From an uncultured cyanobacterium (GTDB lineage Bacteria; Cyanobacteriota; Cyanobacteriia; Cyanobacteriales; Nostocaceae), in NCBI GenBank assembly GCA_963706595.1, contig OY970166.1, positions 3,008,001 to 3,072,000 of the forward strand: a stretch of DNA of 64,000 bases, written 5' to 3'. Below the pieces are notes generated by a model that was not told the DNA's origin, made no database searches, and was given only the letters and a program-made list of their open reading frames with translations. Of the stretch, positions 9,367-19,618 are shown in pieces. Position numbers and translations under genes: made by a program. Position 1 is the first letter of the stretch. Every line of letters starts with the position of its first letter.

Positions 9367-9472
9367 TATAGCGGTTATCAGTTAATTGAGATACAAGAAC
9401 CCCACCCCCAACCCCCTCCCCGCAAGCGAGGAGGGGGCTATGATGTACTTCATTCAAGTGCATACCGCTATA
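9367..9472. mobile_element. MITE-like repeat element
   Basis: TIR TATAGCGGT/ACCGCTATA enclosing CCCCACCCCCAACCCCCTCCCCGCAAGCGAGGAGGGGG; related inverted copy at 55908-56014. Confidence 0.6.
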
Positions 9473-9569
9473 TTAAGTATTGGGTATCAAGTATTATTGA
9501 CACTCCCTAGTCCCCAGTCTCTGGTACAGGTAGGCGTTTGCAATCATTCAAAAGCCTAGAAAATAAGCT

Positions 9570-9598
9570 TTTTGACTTTTGACTTTTGACTTTTGACT
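9570..9598. repeat. heptamer tandem repeat (TTTTGAC)n
   Basis: four TTTTGAC units; also two units near 37257-37275. Confidence 0.75.
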
Positions 9599-9610
9599 TC
9601 CGCCTTGCGG

Positions 9611-11211
9611 CTAGCTATATCCATCCCAGGCTAGAGGAAAGGTGTAATCTGAGAACAAGGGAAAATCTGGGTTTTCCTTACGGGTTTCTTCGTCGAGGAC
9701 TTTTACTACTTTGTGATAAATGTCTTCTGCTTGTTGTGGGGAATCGCCAATGCTGGTTAATCCCAATTTGCCAAACTGGGAAAGACAACCCATGAGATGA
9801 AAAACTGTGCCTGTTTCTGTACAGCTATCAAAGTGCAGTCGGTGATGGGCGATAATATCCATTAAATCGTTGGGTAATAATCCCCGATAGCGGTCTTTTT
9901 GCAGGTTGTCGGTGGCTATATAGTATTTGGGTCGTCCTTGCTGACTGTAAAATAACCCGGTGGAAAGGTCGTAGCGTCCATTTGTTAACAATTTCAGGGT
10001 CATGAACGGATGCGTAGTTCCACCTTTACGCAAGTTAATTTCAATGGCTTGAATGTCCCACTGGCCGTTTCCTTGGTCTACGGTGATAAAGTCTACGCCA
10101 AATCTTTCAACTGCACCTTTTTCTGAGAGTTTTCTGCCGATTTGTAAACCGCATTGCTGTAATTGCAGCCGATAGCGGGAATCAGCCGGAAATCTACAAC
10201 CCAGATAAATTTGTCCGTCTGGTCCGCCGAGTATTTGGTCATGGGTGGAGACAATTTCGACTTCACCTGTGGGTGTGATGCGTCCTTGGACACTAGGCGA
10301 TCGCTTGATTTCTCCTTCGACAAATGCTTCGGCGATCGCACCTAACTCTGTAACCGGTTAGCAAAATTTCCCCAAGTCTCGTGTGTGGATTGAAAGCGCA
10401 TGGTGGGGAAGCGATCGCTAATTGCTGCTACTGTTTGGCTATGAGACACTTTCCCCGGTGCTAAATCCATAATTGGTCTCAAATCTAGCAGTGCATTTCC
10501 TTCTCCAGAAATGCCTTCATTGAGTTTGACAACTATTCTTTGTAATGTCGGTTGGCGTTCCCATAATTTACCCGCAACTTCTGCCAAATCTTGCTGATTA
10601 CAGACTTTTTCGCTGCCATCTGGTAGAGGAACTCCACTTTGGGCAAAGATTTGGCGACTACCGCTTTTTGTCCCCCAAATCTGTAAATTTGGTGCAACAG
10701 CATACAATGGCACATTTAATTCTAGAGATAATTCGGCTTCTAAAAATGTGGAATTGTAGCAAGTCATAAATGATTTTTCTAGTCTCAAGGCTTGGCGAAT
10801 TCGCTCTAGTAGCCGAGGACGTTCTAAAATCTTAGCCGTTAGGGGTCTAAGGGAAGAATCATAAGTGGACAGTAGCAGCAAGCGATTACGCGCATGGGAA
10901 AAGGGAATTCCCGGTAAAAGTTGCAAATAGTAATCAATCACACTCGGATGTAAAGGCATTGATGTGACGTAAATCAACCGAGTCCGGGGGTTTCGCAAGC
11001 GCATTAAAGAGAATAATAGTCTTTCTTCATAATGCTCACAACCTTCGATTTTATGCAGTTCATGCTGGTCGATGCTGAGGGAGGGAATAATTAAAATATC
11101 CGCCTCACCATAGTCAAATAGCTCAATGGTCGGCCAGCGATCGCATAAAGTTAACTGAAGATGGCGAAACTTTTCAACTTTGTCTAATTCTGAAATATTC
11201 AGCATCTCCAT
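9611..11211 (-). pseudogene. PGM1-related ATP-grasp peptide ligase family protein, split by a single 1-bp frameshift
   Basis: ORF 10342-11211 (HYEERLLFSL, WGTKSGSR, VKLNEGISGEGNA); after a shift near 10354 the frame reads ELGAIAEAFVEGEIKRSPSVQGRI...EINLRKGGTTHPF continuously to the stop at 9611. Confidence 0.78.
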
Positions 11212-11719
11212 AATCCCTTCTCTGTATTGATCCCCAATACTGCCTTCTTACTCTGGTATATACCAAAGCCAGTCAGATACAGCTAATATGCAACACTTCT
11301 TTGACTGCTGTTAACCTATGTTGAGTGAAGAACTAAAAATACACAAAAGCACAAACAGCTATTTTGCTCAGATATTGCCTGTATTGTTAAAACCGGAGAA
11401 ACAACTATAGCTATCTCCATTCAGTTGTGAGAAAGCACTTAGATTTGACTCCACAACTAAAAGTCAAATTTTATTCAGCCCTGCCCATTAAAAATCACTG
11501 TGGATGGCTATCTTTGTCATATTTGACGATATTTAGCACTGATTTAAATGCAACATAGATTTTACCAATTATTTGTAAATAAACCAACATAAATAAATTA
11601 TATGTATAGAGATGTTGCGTACCCCGTTTTGCTTGAGTTAGTTGGTCAATTCCCTCCTAAAATAAAAAACATTATCTAAAAAGTTTATTACTGTACTTAT
11701 TGCTAATATCGGGAGGGGA

Positions 11720-12661
11720 ATGATGGTCCGTCCAATAATTTTGGGAATTGTCGGTGATAGCGCCGCAGGCAAAACAACACTGACTAGGGGAATTGCTCAG
11801 GTACTAGGTCCAGAAAATGTTACCCTCATCTGTACTGATGATTATCACAGTTATGATCGTCAGCAACGTGCAGAAATGGGTATCACAGCCCTTCATCCTG
11901 ATTGTAATCATTTAGATATCATGCAGCAGCATTTATCGCTGCTACGCACAGGACAACCGATTCTCAAACCGGTTTACAGTCATTCAACTGGGAAATTTGA
12001 GGCTCCACAATACATTAAGCCCAATAAATTTGTGATCATTGAAGGCTTACTCGGTTATTCTACCCGTGCAGCCCGTGAGGCTTACGACGTAAAAGTTTAT
12101 CTTGCACCTCCCGAAGAACTCCGCGCTGAGTGGAAAGTGAAGCGGGATACTCAAAAACGAGGCTATACTGCTGAACAGGTATTGGCAGAACTAGAAAAGC
12201 GTGAACCAGACTCAGCAAATTATATTCGTCCTCAGCGTCAATGGTCGGATATAGTGGTGAGTTTTTATCCCGCCAATGAAGAAGACGAGGATAATAATGG
12301 ACATTTAAACGTGCGGTTGGTACTGCGACCAACAATCCCTCATCCTGATTTTACTTCAATTTTGAACTTAACTAACGGTAATTCTGAGTCAGCGATTCGC
12401 CTGGGATTAGATAGGGATATGAGTAAACCTGTGGATGTGTTGGAAGTTGATGGTCATGCGACTTTGGAACAGGTGAATAAGTTAGAGCATATTTTATGTT
12501 CAGATATGCCTTACTTATTAAATGTGTGCGATCGCGAGAGTAATCCAGAATTGGGTAAAATTGCGGGAACAACTGGAGAGACATTGCAAAGTTATCCTTT
12601 AGCGCTGACGCAGTTGATTATTACCTACCACATGCTCAAAGCAACGCAAATGTATCAGTGA
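11720..12661 (+). CDS. phosphoribulokinase/uridine kinase family protein (PRK paralog)
   Basis: Walker A GDSAAGKTT, ICTDDYH, IIEGLL, WKVKRD..KRG; lacks the Cys of the canonical cyanobacterial PRK motif GDSGCGKS. Confidence 0.82.
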   Translation: MMVRPIILGIVGDSAAGKTTLTRGIAQVLGPENVTLICTDDYHSYDRQQRAEMGITALHPDCNHLDIMQQHLSLLRTGQPILKPVYSHSTGKFEAPQYIKPNKFVIIEGLLGYSTRAAREAYDVKVYLAPPEELRAEWKVKRDTQKRGYTAEQVLAELEKREPDSANYIRPQRQWSDIVVSFYPANEEDEDNNGHLNVRLVLRPTIPHPDFTSILNLTNGNSESAIRLGLDRDMSKPVDVLEVDGHATLEQVNKLEHILCSDMPYLLNVCDRESNPELGKIAGTTGETLQSYPLALTQLIITYHMLKATQMYQ

Positions 12662-12693
12662 TATCCTCTTACAACTGTAATTGTGATTTAATC

Positions 12694-12809
12694 AGGACTT
12701 ACGCAAAATTATGAAAAAACGAACCACATTCGCGTAGCGTCTCCCCTTGGGAGAAGGACGCAAAGAACACAAAGGAAAGAGGGTTTGAGAGAGCTATTGC
12801 GTAAGTCCT
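12694..12809. mobile_element. MITE-like element with 13-bp TIR
   Basis: AGGACTTACGCAA (12694-12706) / TTGCGTAAGTCCT (12797-12809). Confidence 0.6.
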
Positions 12810-12818
12810 AATAAATAT

Positions 12819-13289
12819 TCACGCAGCAGCCTCTTGACGGAAATAACCTCCAGCTACAGCAGTATATAGTCCTGATTCAATTAGCCATCTTTGAGAATCA
12901 TCAATTTCTTCGGTAAGTTTCTCAGAATGAATAATTTTACTCAGCCAGGATGCAACAATTAATTCCAGACTTTGACCTGTGATGTCATTAGCAGATACTC
13001 CTGCTTGTTCAAAGTCGGGTTGAAGAAAAGGGCGTGCGTCTATATTATAAGTGGGTTGAATTTCGTCTACTTGTGCAGCCGCACCAGTCCACAAGTAGAA
13101 TTTATCTGGAAAAACCATCAGAAAGTAAGGCGCTTTTGGGAAAGTACCGTGCGCCAACATATTGCGCCGCAGTTTTTCCGCCCATTCTGAAGAAGTATTG
13201 AGTTTGTTTTTAATCTCGACAACCAGCACTAATTGATTGTCTTGGTTATACACAGCTAAATCCCAACCAGCATCCCGACGAGTAAACAT
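12819..13289 (-). CDS. hypothetical protein, possible PD-(D/E)xK nuclease fold
   Basis: 156 aa; WDLAVY...VLVVEIK motif. Confidence 0.6.
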   Translation of the reverse strand: MFTRRDAGWDLAVYNQDNQLVLVVEIKNKLNTSSEWAEKLRRNMLAHGTFPKAPYFLMVFPDKFYLWTGAAAQVDEIQPTYNIDARPFLQPDFEQAGVSANDITGQSLELIVASWLSKIIHSEKLTEEIDDSQRWLIESGLYTAVAGGYFRQEAAA

Positions 13290-13599
13290 GATTTAAAACC
13301 TTTTTACACGGTTAACTATTGATCATTTTGACGCAGAATCGGGTAAGTCTTCATCTATAGAACCCATTTGATTATTGTTGGCGTAGCCTGCGCTTGGCGC
13401 TTACAAACACATAGTAGCGTGGCAAGCTTAAATATAGTGCATTAGTTTAGAGGTAAAAAAACGCCGATAAACGCCGATAAACGCGGATGATATGGATTGA
13501 CAGCAGAACGAGTGCGCGATCGCAGTAATAGTAGTTTATTTTTGCTAAACTAAGAATTTGCTCGCCTTCCTCCCACTGCTGCAACATAACCAAGAAGAG

Positions 13600-13893
13600 A
13601 TGATGGCTGAACTCAAACTCAGGTCAAAAGATCCAGATTCCCTGAGAAGAATCATTCAAAGTGCTTTGTCAGAAAGATTGCAAAGTGTTAAAGCTGGAAT
13701 TCAAAGGACAGAAGAACGCCTTCAGGAATTTGAAACTAAGTATCAATTATCAACGGTGGAATTTATCCGCCGCTTTAATAATGATGAATTCTCCCATAGT
13801 TTTGACTTTGATGAATGGATTGGGGAATCTAGAATGTTGGCGCATTTACAACAGACAAAAGAAGCTATAGAGGAAGTCAATTTTGTTAATTGA
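13600..13893 (+). CDS. putative antitoxin (TumA-like)
   Basis: about 97 aa; LQEFETKYQLSTVEF..RF....DFDEW; overlaps the start of the downstream DUF6516-like gene. Confidence 0.62.
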   Translation: MMAELKLRSKDPDSLRRIIQSALSERLQSVKAGIQRTEERLQEFETKYQLSTVEFIRRFNNDEFSHSFDFDEWIGESRMLAHLQQTKEAIEEVNFVN

Positions 13894-14272
13894 AGACTAT
13901 TTTCAGGAAATTCAACTTTTGATTGAATCCTCTAAAATAGTACAATTATTTAATATTACTAATGAAAAAAGAGGGTTATAGGAAGGCTTTATTAAAGGAC
14001 ATATCAGCTTTAAAGATAACTCATTACTGCATTTGCGAGAATTTGTCTATGTTGAAATCCAGATAGATAGAAAAATGTATAGTTATCAATATATGAATAC
14101 ACACAATAATCTAATATTTCGCTATGACAATACCGAACATCACCGAAAATTAAATCTTCCTACTTTTCCGCATCATAAACATAATGGTAGTGAGCAGAAT
14201 GTTATTCAATCAAATGCTCCTTTTTTAGTTGAGGTACTTCAAGAGGTTGAAAAAATATTAGAGACTGCCTAA
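13883..14272 (+). pseudogene. DUF6516/TumE-like toxin interrupted by in-frame TAG
   Basis: TTG 13883 reads MLIEDYFQEIQ...EKRGL*EGFIKG...; TAG at 13979-13981; C-term YSYQY...IFRYDNTEHH..LPTFPHHKH is the DUF6516 signature. Confidence 0.72.
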
Positions 14273-14289
14273 TCGCACTGTGAAAGTCC

Positions 14290-15279
14290 CTACAAACCCG
14301 ATTCAGCCAAAGCCACAGCACCCCAAAGCGGCGCATCATCACCCAAAGCCGCCGGCACAATTGCAAAATCAACTTCCGGTAAAGCAGTCTCCCGTGACAC
14401 CTTACGTACAACATCCCACCAATTATCCCCAGCCTTAATTACACTCCCACCCAAAATAAACAACTGTGGATTAATCAAATTTGCCACATTACCAATACCC
14501 ACACCCAAAGCCCAAGCACCCTTAAATAAAACATCCTGCGCTAACTCATCACCTTGCGCCGCAGCATCACTCACCACCTTTCCCGTAATCAAATCCAAAT
14601 CATTACCCACCAACCCCCTCAAAATCTTTCCTTTGCGTCCTTGGCGACTAACGCCCTGGGGGCATACGCTGCGCGAAGGCGGTTCGTCCTCCAAAACTCC
14701 CCTAACATCCTTCGCCATATAAGGCCCCGAAGCCAACCTTTCCACACAACCCCGCTTCCCACACAAACACACAGGCCCCGCAGGGTCTACAACTATATGA
14801 CCAATTTCACCAGCCATTCCGCCCACACCCCGCCAAGGCTGACCATTGAGTATCCAACCACCACCGACACCAGTGCTAATAGTGATATAAAACAAGCTGT
14901 GATTTCCCTCACCAGCACCAAAGCGATATTCACCCAAAGCCGCCACATTAGCATCATTATCCACAGTCACAGGAACCCTAAACTCGTCCTCTAGCAATTC
15001 TTTAAGGGGAATATTTTCCCAACCAGCGACGTGGTGAGACAGTCGCACAGTCCCAGTAGACGCGTCTACTGGTCCCCCAAAACTAACACCAATTGCATCA
15101 GGTTTTTCTCCTTGCAGTAAAGAATTAATCAGGTCGCGCATGATCTCCAAGTCAGTGCTAGCATTGGCATTAGTTGGCGAAAGGCGACGTTCATACCGTA
15201 ACCATTTTCTAGAACCAGAATTTACCAGTGCTGCGGCCAGCTTCGTTCCGCCAAAATCCAGCGCTAAAATTAACGTCAT
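14290..15279 (-). CDS. ROK family sugar kinase
   Basis: ILALDFGGTK, VDNDANVAALGE, STGVGGG, GEIGH, CLCGKRGCVE; start taken at MTLILALD. Confidence 0.9.
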   Translation of the reverse strand: MTLILALDFGGTKLAAALVNSGSRKWLRYERRLSPTNANASTDLEIMRDLINSLLQGEKPDAIGVSFGGPVDASTGTVRLSHHVAGWENIPLKELLEDEFRVPVTVDNDANVAALGEYRFGAGEGNHSLFYITISTGVGGGWILNGQPWRGVGGMAGEIGHIVVDPAGPVCLCGKRGCVERLASGPYMAKDVRGVLEDEPPSRSVCPQGVSRQGRKGKILRGLVGNDLDLITGKVVSDAAAQGDELAQDVLFKGAWALGVGIGNVANLINPQLFILGGSVIKAGDNWWDVVRKVSRETALPEVDFAIVPAALGDDAPLWGAVALAESGL

Positions 15280-15381
15280 AATTTCCTCCAAACATTCCCA
15301 AGAAAAACAGATAATTATCCAGAAACTACCCAAAAGCTGATAGCGTCAAACAATAGAAAATATCTTTGTGGAAGTTACAGC

Positions 15382-17106
15382 TTGAAAACCCGTTCTAATT
15401 ACTGGCAATTATCACCTTATCTCCGACCCCATTGGCAAAATATTACCAAGGGATTTATTGGCATTATCGGTTATGTACTGGCGACGTTAACCTTAATTAA
15501 TCTTGCGGGTAGATTGGCAACTCCCTTTGGTGAAGGTAATGTAGTAGCGATCGCGCAATTAGCTGGAATCCTAGTTTTAGTATTTCTGGTGCGGGGCTTT
15601 TTTCAGTCTGTGCAAGATATGTACATGGCAAAAGTGGCTTTAAGGGTGGCTTTTGACCTCCGCAAGCGGGTTTACTCCCATTTGCAAAAACTGGATCTCA
15701 GTTATTTTGAAACAGCAAAAGCTGGTGATTTATCTTACCGCCTCACCGAAGATATTGACCGGATTGGGGAAGTGGTCAATAAAGGATTTCACGACTTTAT
15801 CCCCTGCGCTTTGCAATTGCTGGCTATCCCCATCTACATGATTTACCTGAATTGGCAATTAACACTAGCGACAGTGGTTGTTGCGCCACTGATGGGTATT
15901 TTAATTGGCTGGTTTGGGGAAAGGTTACGTAAGTATTCTCTCAAAAGTCAAAATCGTGTTTCTGGCTTATCGGCAATTCTCACAGAAGTATTTAGCGGTA
16001 TTCGTTTAGTACAAGCTTTTGCTGCTGAAAACCATGAAATTGCTCGCTTTAGTAATGAAGCAGAGCGTAGTTTCCAAGCTAAATTCTCTGCCGACCGTTT
16101 AAAAGCTATTCAAATACCCATCGTGGGCTTTCTAGAAGCTTTAAGTGCAGTGTCTTTAGTTATAGTGGGAGCATGGCAAATTGCCCAAAATAACTTAACA
16201 GTGGGAGAGTTTTTCAGCTACTTAACGGCGGCGGCGTTGTTAATTGACCCCATTGGTCATACTACTAATAATTACAACGAGTTTAAACAAGGTGAGGCTT
16301 CCGTTGACCGGATTTTTGAATTGATGGCTATTCAACCAACGGTATTAGAAAAGCCCAATGCGATCGCCTTACCCCCAGTCAAAGGAAAAGTAGAATATCG
16401 TCATGTTTCCTTTGCCTACAAACCCGGCGAACCTGTATTAAAAGATATCAGTTTATTGGCATTACCAGGAGAAGCGATCGCCTTAGTTGGTGCTTCCGGT
16501 GCGGGTAAAACCACCTTTGTGAATTTACTTCCCCGCTTTTATGATCCAGAAGTCGGTGAAATCTTGATTGACGGTGTAGATATTCGGGATGTGAAGCTTC
16601 AGAGTTTGCGGCGACAAATTGGGATTGTTCCCCAAGAAACCGTGATGTTTTCCGGGACAATTGCTCAAAATATTGCTTTTGGTCAGAATTCCTTTGACAT
16701 GGACGCAGTAGCAGAAGCCGCTAAAATTGCCAACGCCCACCAATTTATTACTCAGTTACCAGAGGGTTACTATACCTGGGTGGGAGAAAGAGGAGTCAAT
16801 TTATCTGGTGGACAACGCCAAAGAATTGCGATCGCCCGTGCGGTATTTCTCAACCCGCAAATCCTGATATTAGACGAAGCCACATCAGCCTTAGATTCCG
16901 AATCAGAAGCCTTAGTCCAAGAAGCCTTAGAAAGACTAATGCAGAATCGCACAGTATTTATTATTGCTCACCGTTTAAGCACAGTCCGAAGATGCGATCG
17001 CATATTAGTTCTAGAACGGGGACAAATTGTCGAATCAGGAACCCACGAAGAACTGCTAAAACTTGAGCAACGCTACGCAAGATTTTACGCCCAACAATTT
17101 AGTTAA
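15382..17106 (+). CDS. ABC transporter fused permease/ATP-binding protein (MsbA-like)
   Basis: N-term TM domain; GASGAGKT, LSGGQRQR, ILDEATSALD, IAHRLST. Confidence 0.92.
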   Translation: MKTRSNYWQLSPYLRPHWQNITKGFIGIIGYVLATLTLINLAGRLATPFGEGNVVAIAQLAGILVLVFLVRGFFQSVQDMYMAKVALRVAFDLRKRVYSHLQKLDLSYFETAKAGDLSYRLTEDIDRIGEVVNKGFHDFIPCALQLLAIPIYMIYLNWQLTLATVVVAPLMGILIGWFGERLRKYSLKSQNRVSGLSAILTEVFSGIRLVQAFAAENHEIARFSNEAERSFQAKFSADRLKAIQIPIVGFLEALSAVSLVIVGAWQIAQNNLTVGEFFSYLTAAALLIDPIGHTTNNYNEFKQGEASVDRIFELMAIQPTVLEKPNAIALPPVKGKVEYRHVSFAYKPGEPVLKDISLLALPGEAIALVGASGAGKTTFVNLLPRFYDPEVGEILIDGVDIRDVKLQSLRRQIGIVPQETVMFSGTIAQNIAFGQNSFDMDAVAEAAKIANAHQFITQLPEGYYTWVGERGVNLSGGQRQRIAIARAVFLNPQILILDEATSALDSESEALVQEALERLMQNRTVFIIAHRLSTVRRCDRILVLERGQIVESGTHEELLKLEQRYARFYAQQFS

Positions 17107-17127
17107 AATCCTTAACTACCCTCTTAA

Positions 17128-17158
17128 ATCTGCGTTTATCTGCGTTTATCTGCGTTTA
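17128..17158. repeat. 10-bp tandem repeat ATCTGCGTTT x3
   Basis: read directly; related inverted AAACGCCGAT repeats at about 13459-13488. Confidence 0.7.
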
Positions 17159-17166
17159 CTCACCAT

Positions 17167-17200
17167 AAAAAACGCCCCCTGTTTCCAGGAGGCGATTTTT
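17167..17200. terminator. bidirectional intrinsic terminator between the ABC gene and psbA
   Basis: AAAAA-CGCCCCCTG-tttc-CAGGAGGCG-ATTTTTT hairpin between convergent genes. Confidence 0.7.
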
Positions 17201-17219
17201 ATTCAGCTAAACTTAATGA

Positions 17220-18302
17220 TTAACCGTTGATAGCAGGTGCAGTTAAAGCAACGGGAGCGACATCAGCAGCAGCCAAGTCTAGGGGGAAGTTGTGAGCGTT
17301 ACGCTCGTGCATTACTTCCATACCCAAGTTAGCGCGGTTGATTACGTCAGCCCAGGTAGCGATAACGCGACCTTGAGAATCAATTACCGATTGGTTGAAG
17401 TTGAAACCGTTCAAGTTGAAAGCCATTGTGCTGATACCCAAAGCGGTAAACCAGATACCGATTACAGGCCATGCAGCTAGGAAGAAGTGAAGTGAACGGC
17501 TGTTGTTGAAGGAAGCGTATTGGAAGATTAACCGACCAAAGTAACCGTGAGCAGCTACGATGTTGTAGGTTTCTTCTTCTTGTCCGAACTTGTAACCGTA
17601 GTTTTGTGATTCGGTTTCGGTTGTTTCACGTACCAAAGATGATGTTACCAAGGAACCGTGCATTGCGGAGAACAAAGAACCACCGAAGACACCAGCTACA
17701 CCCAACATATGGAAGGGGTGCATCAAGATGTTGTGTTCTGCTTGGAACACAATCATGAAGTTGAAGGTTCCGGAGATACCCAAAGGCATACCGTCAGAGA
17801 ATGAACCTTGACCAATTGGGTAGATCAAGAATACTGCTGTAGCAGATGCCAAAGGCGCAGAGTAAGCTACACAGATCCAAGGACGCATACCCAAGCGGTA
17901 AGATAGTTCCCACTGACGACCAAGGTAGCAAGCGCAACCGATCAAGAAGTGGAAAATTACCAATTGGTAAGGACCGCCGTTGTACAACCACTCATCTAAG
18001 GAAGCTGCTTCCCAGATTGGGTAGAAGTGCAAGCCGATAGCGTTAGAAGAAGGAACAACTGCACCAGAGATGATGTTGTTTCCGTAAATCAAGGAACCAG
18101 CTACGGGTTCACGGATACCGTCGATGTCTACTGGAGGAGCAGCTACGAATGCGATGATGAAGCAGGTTGTAGCAGCTAGTAGGGTTGGGATCATAAGAAC
18201 GCCGAACCAACCGATGTAAATTCGGTTATCGGTGCTGGTGATCCACTCGCAGAAGCGATCCCATACGTTAGCGCTTTGGCGCTGTTGTAAGGTAGTAGTC
18301 AT
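17220..18302 (-). CDS. psbA: photosystem II D1 protein, Gln130 (D1:1-type) form
   Basis: 360 aa from MTTTLQQR to [19 protein letters not shown] gives Q130. Confidence 0.98.
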   Translation of the reverse strand: MTTTLQQRQSANVWDRFCEWITSTDNRIYIGWFGVLMIPTLLAATTCFIIAFVAAPPVDIDGIREPVAGSLIYGNNIISGAVVPSSNAIGLHFYPIWEAASLDEWLYNGGPYQLVIFHFLIGCACYLGRQWELSYRLGMRPWICVAYSAPLASATAVFLIYPIGQGSFSDGMPLGISGTFNFMIVFQAEHNILMHPFHMLGVAGVFGGSLFSAMHGSLVTSSLVRETTETESQNYGYKFGQEEETYNIVAAHGYFGRLIFQYASFNNSRSLHFFLAAWPVIGIWFTALGISTMAFNLNGFNFNQSVIDSQGRVIATWADVINRANLGMEVMHERNAHNFPLDLAAADVAPVALTAPAING

Positions 18303-18360
18303 GTTTTTATAATTGCTGTTGTTTTTATGAATCAGGTAGGTCTTTTTACCTGTTGTACAC

Positions 18361-18389
18361 ATACTAAACCATTTATTTAGATTTGTAAA
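18361..18389 (-). promoter_or_regulatory. psbA sigma70-type promoter
   Basis: minus strand -35 TTTACA, 17-bp spacer, -10 TAGTAT. Confidence 0.65.
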
Positions 18390-18554
18390 GCTTTTTAACA
18401 AATATATTTACAATTGCCCTGTAAAAACCTCCAAAACCAGATGCTGCTTATGAATGGGGTTTTAATATAAGAACCTCACCCCCAACACCTCTCCTTAGCA
18501 AGGAGAGGGGAGATGGGAATCTGAGCGAATCAACATCTATATATATAGTGTCTT

Positions 18555-19526
18555 ATGGGAAATTCTCATTCTTCCACCGTCACCTATAGCCCGGCTTATA
18601 CCATCGTTCCGACTTACGAGTGCTTCAATCGCTGTACATACTGCAACTTTCGCACCGCACCAGGTCAAAGCCCCTGGATGACTTTATCGGTAGCAGAAAG
18701 CATTTTCCTACAACTGCAAAGCCAGCAAGTATGTGAAATCCTCATTCTCAGTGGTGAAGTACATCCCCATTCACCCCAGCGTCAGCAGTGGTTTCAGCGA
18801 ATTTATGATTTGTGTGAGTTAGCTTTGGGAATGGGATTTTTACCACATACTAATGCGGGAATACTGAGTTTTGCGGAAATGCAAAAGCTGAAGAATGTCA
18901 ATGTTTCGATGGGTTTGATGCTGGAACAGTTAACCCCAGCATTTTTACAGACTGTGCATCGACACGCGCCGAGTAAATTACCAGAAATTAGGTTGCAACA
19001 ATTAGTATGGGCGGGAGAGTTGCAGATTCCCTTTACCACGGGTTTGCTTTTAGGAATTGGGGAAACTGAAGATGATTGCTGGGAGACTTTAGCGGCGATA
19101 TCTGATTTACATCAGCGTTACCATCACATTCAAGAAGTCATCTTGCAACCCCACAGCCCAGGAAATCAGCAAAGCTTTGATGCAGCAGCTTTTGATCCTC
19201 ATCAATTACCAGAAGTGATTGCGATCGCACGTCAAATTTTATCGCCAGATATTACAATTCAAATTCCGCCGAATTTAGTTCAAGATGATGGATGGTTACT
19301 GGCTTGTATAGAAGCGGGCGCGAGAGATTTAGGCGGAATTAGCCCCAAAGATGAAGTTAATCCTGATTATCCCCATATTCAGGAACAGGCTTTGAGAGAA
19401 ATTTTACAGCCTGCGGGGTGGGAATTAGTGCAACGGTTGCCTATTTATTCCCAGTTTGATAGTTGGTTGACTGGGGAATTGCAAAAAGCAGTTAAGCGAT
19501 CGCGCAATACTATGTTATTAATCTAA
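18555..19526 (+). CDS. cofG: 7,8-didemethyl-8-hydroxy-5-deazariboflavin (FO) synthase subunit CofG, radical SAM
   Basis: VTYSPAYTIVPTYECFNRCTYCNF, PHTNAG, SMGLMLE, PFTTGLLLGIGE, DLGGISPKDEVNPDY. Confidence 0.92.
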   Translation: MGNSHSSTVTYSPAYTIVPTYECFNRCTYCNFRTAPGQSPWMTLSVAESIFLQLQSQQVCEILILSGEVHPHSPQRQQWFQRIYDLCELALGMGFLPHTNAGILSFAEMQKLKNVNVSMGLMLEQLTPAFLQTVHRHAPSKLPEIRLQQLVWAGELQIPFTTGLLLGIGETEDDCWETLAAISDLHQRYHHIQEVILQPHSPGNQQSFDAAAFDPHQLPEVIAIARQILSPDITIQIPPNLVQDDGWLLACIEAGARDLGGISPKDEVNPDYPHIQEQALREILQPAGWELVQRLPIYSQFDSWLTGELQKAVKRSRNTMLLI

Positions 19527-19618
19527 CAGGTTTAGCGCGATCGCTAACCAAGAGCGATTACTTTACTACGGATGATCCAGAACATATACATCTACCTTGA
19601 GTTTGCCCAGATTTGACA

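Noticed and set aside
10093..10341. 82-aa ORF in the track
   Set aside because: Wrong frame; the real ATP-grasp sequence runs in the frame continuous with 9611-10033
9611..11211. ATP-grasp ligase as part of the Rieske/HemF cluster
   Set aside because: Separated by the RHH gene, a MITE and repeats; no evidence of co-transcription
17220..18302. Atypical (rogue or far-red) D1
   Set aside because: The sequence looks like standard D1 with normal FSDGMP, QAEHN and [13 protein letters not shown] ligand regions
18303..18401. 33-aa N-terminal extension of D1 in the ORF track
   Set aside because: D1 starts at MTTTLQ (18302); the extension overlaps the promoter
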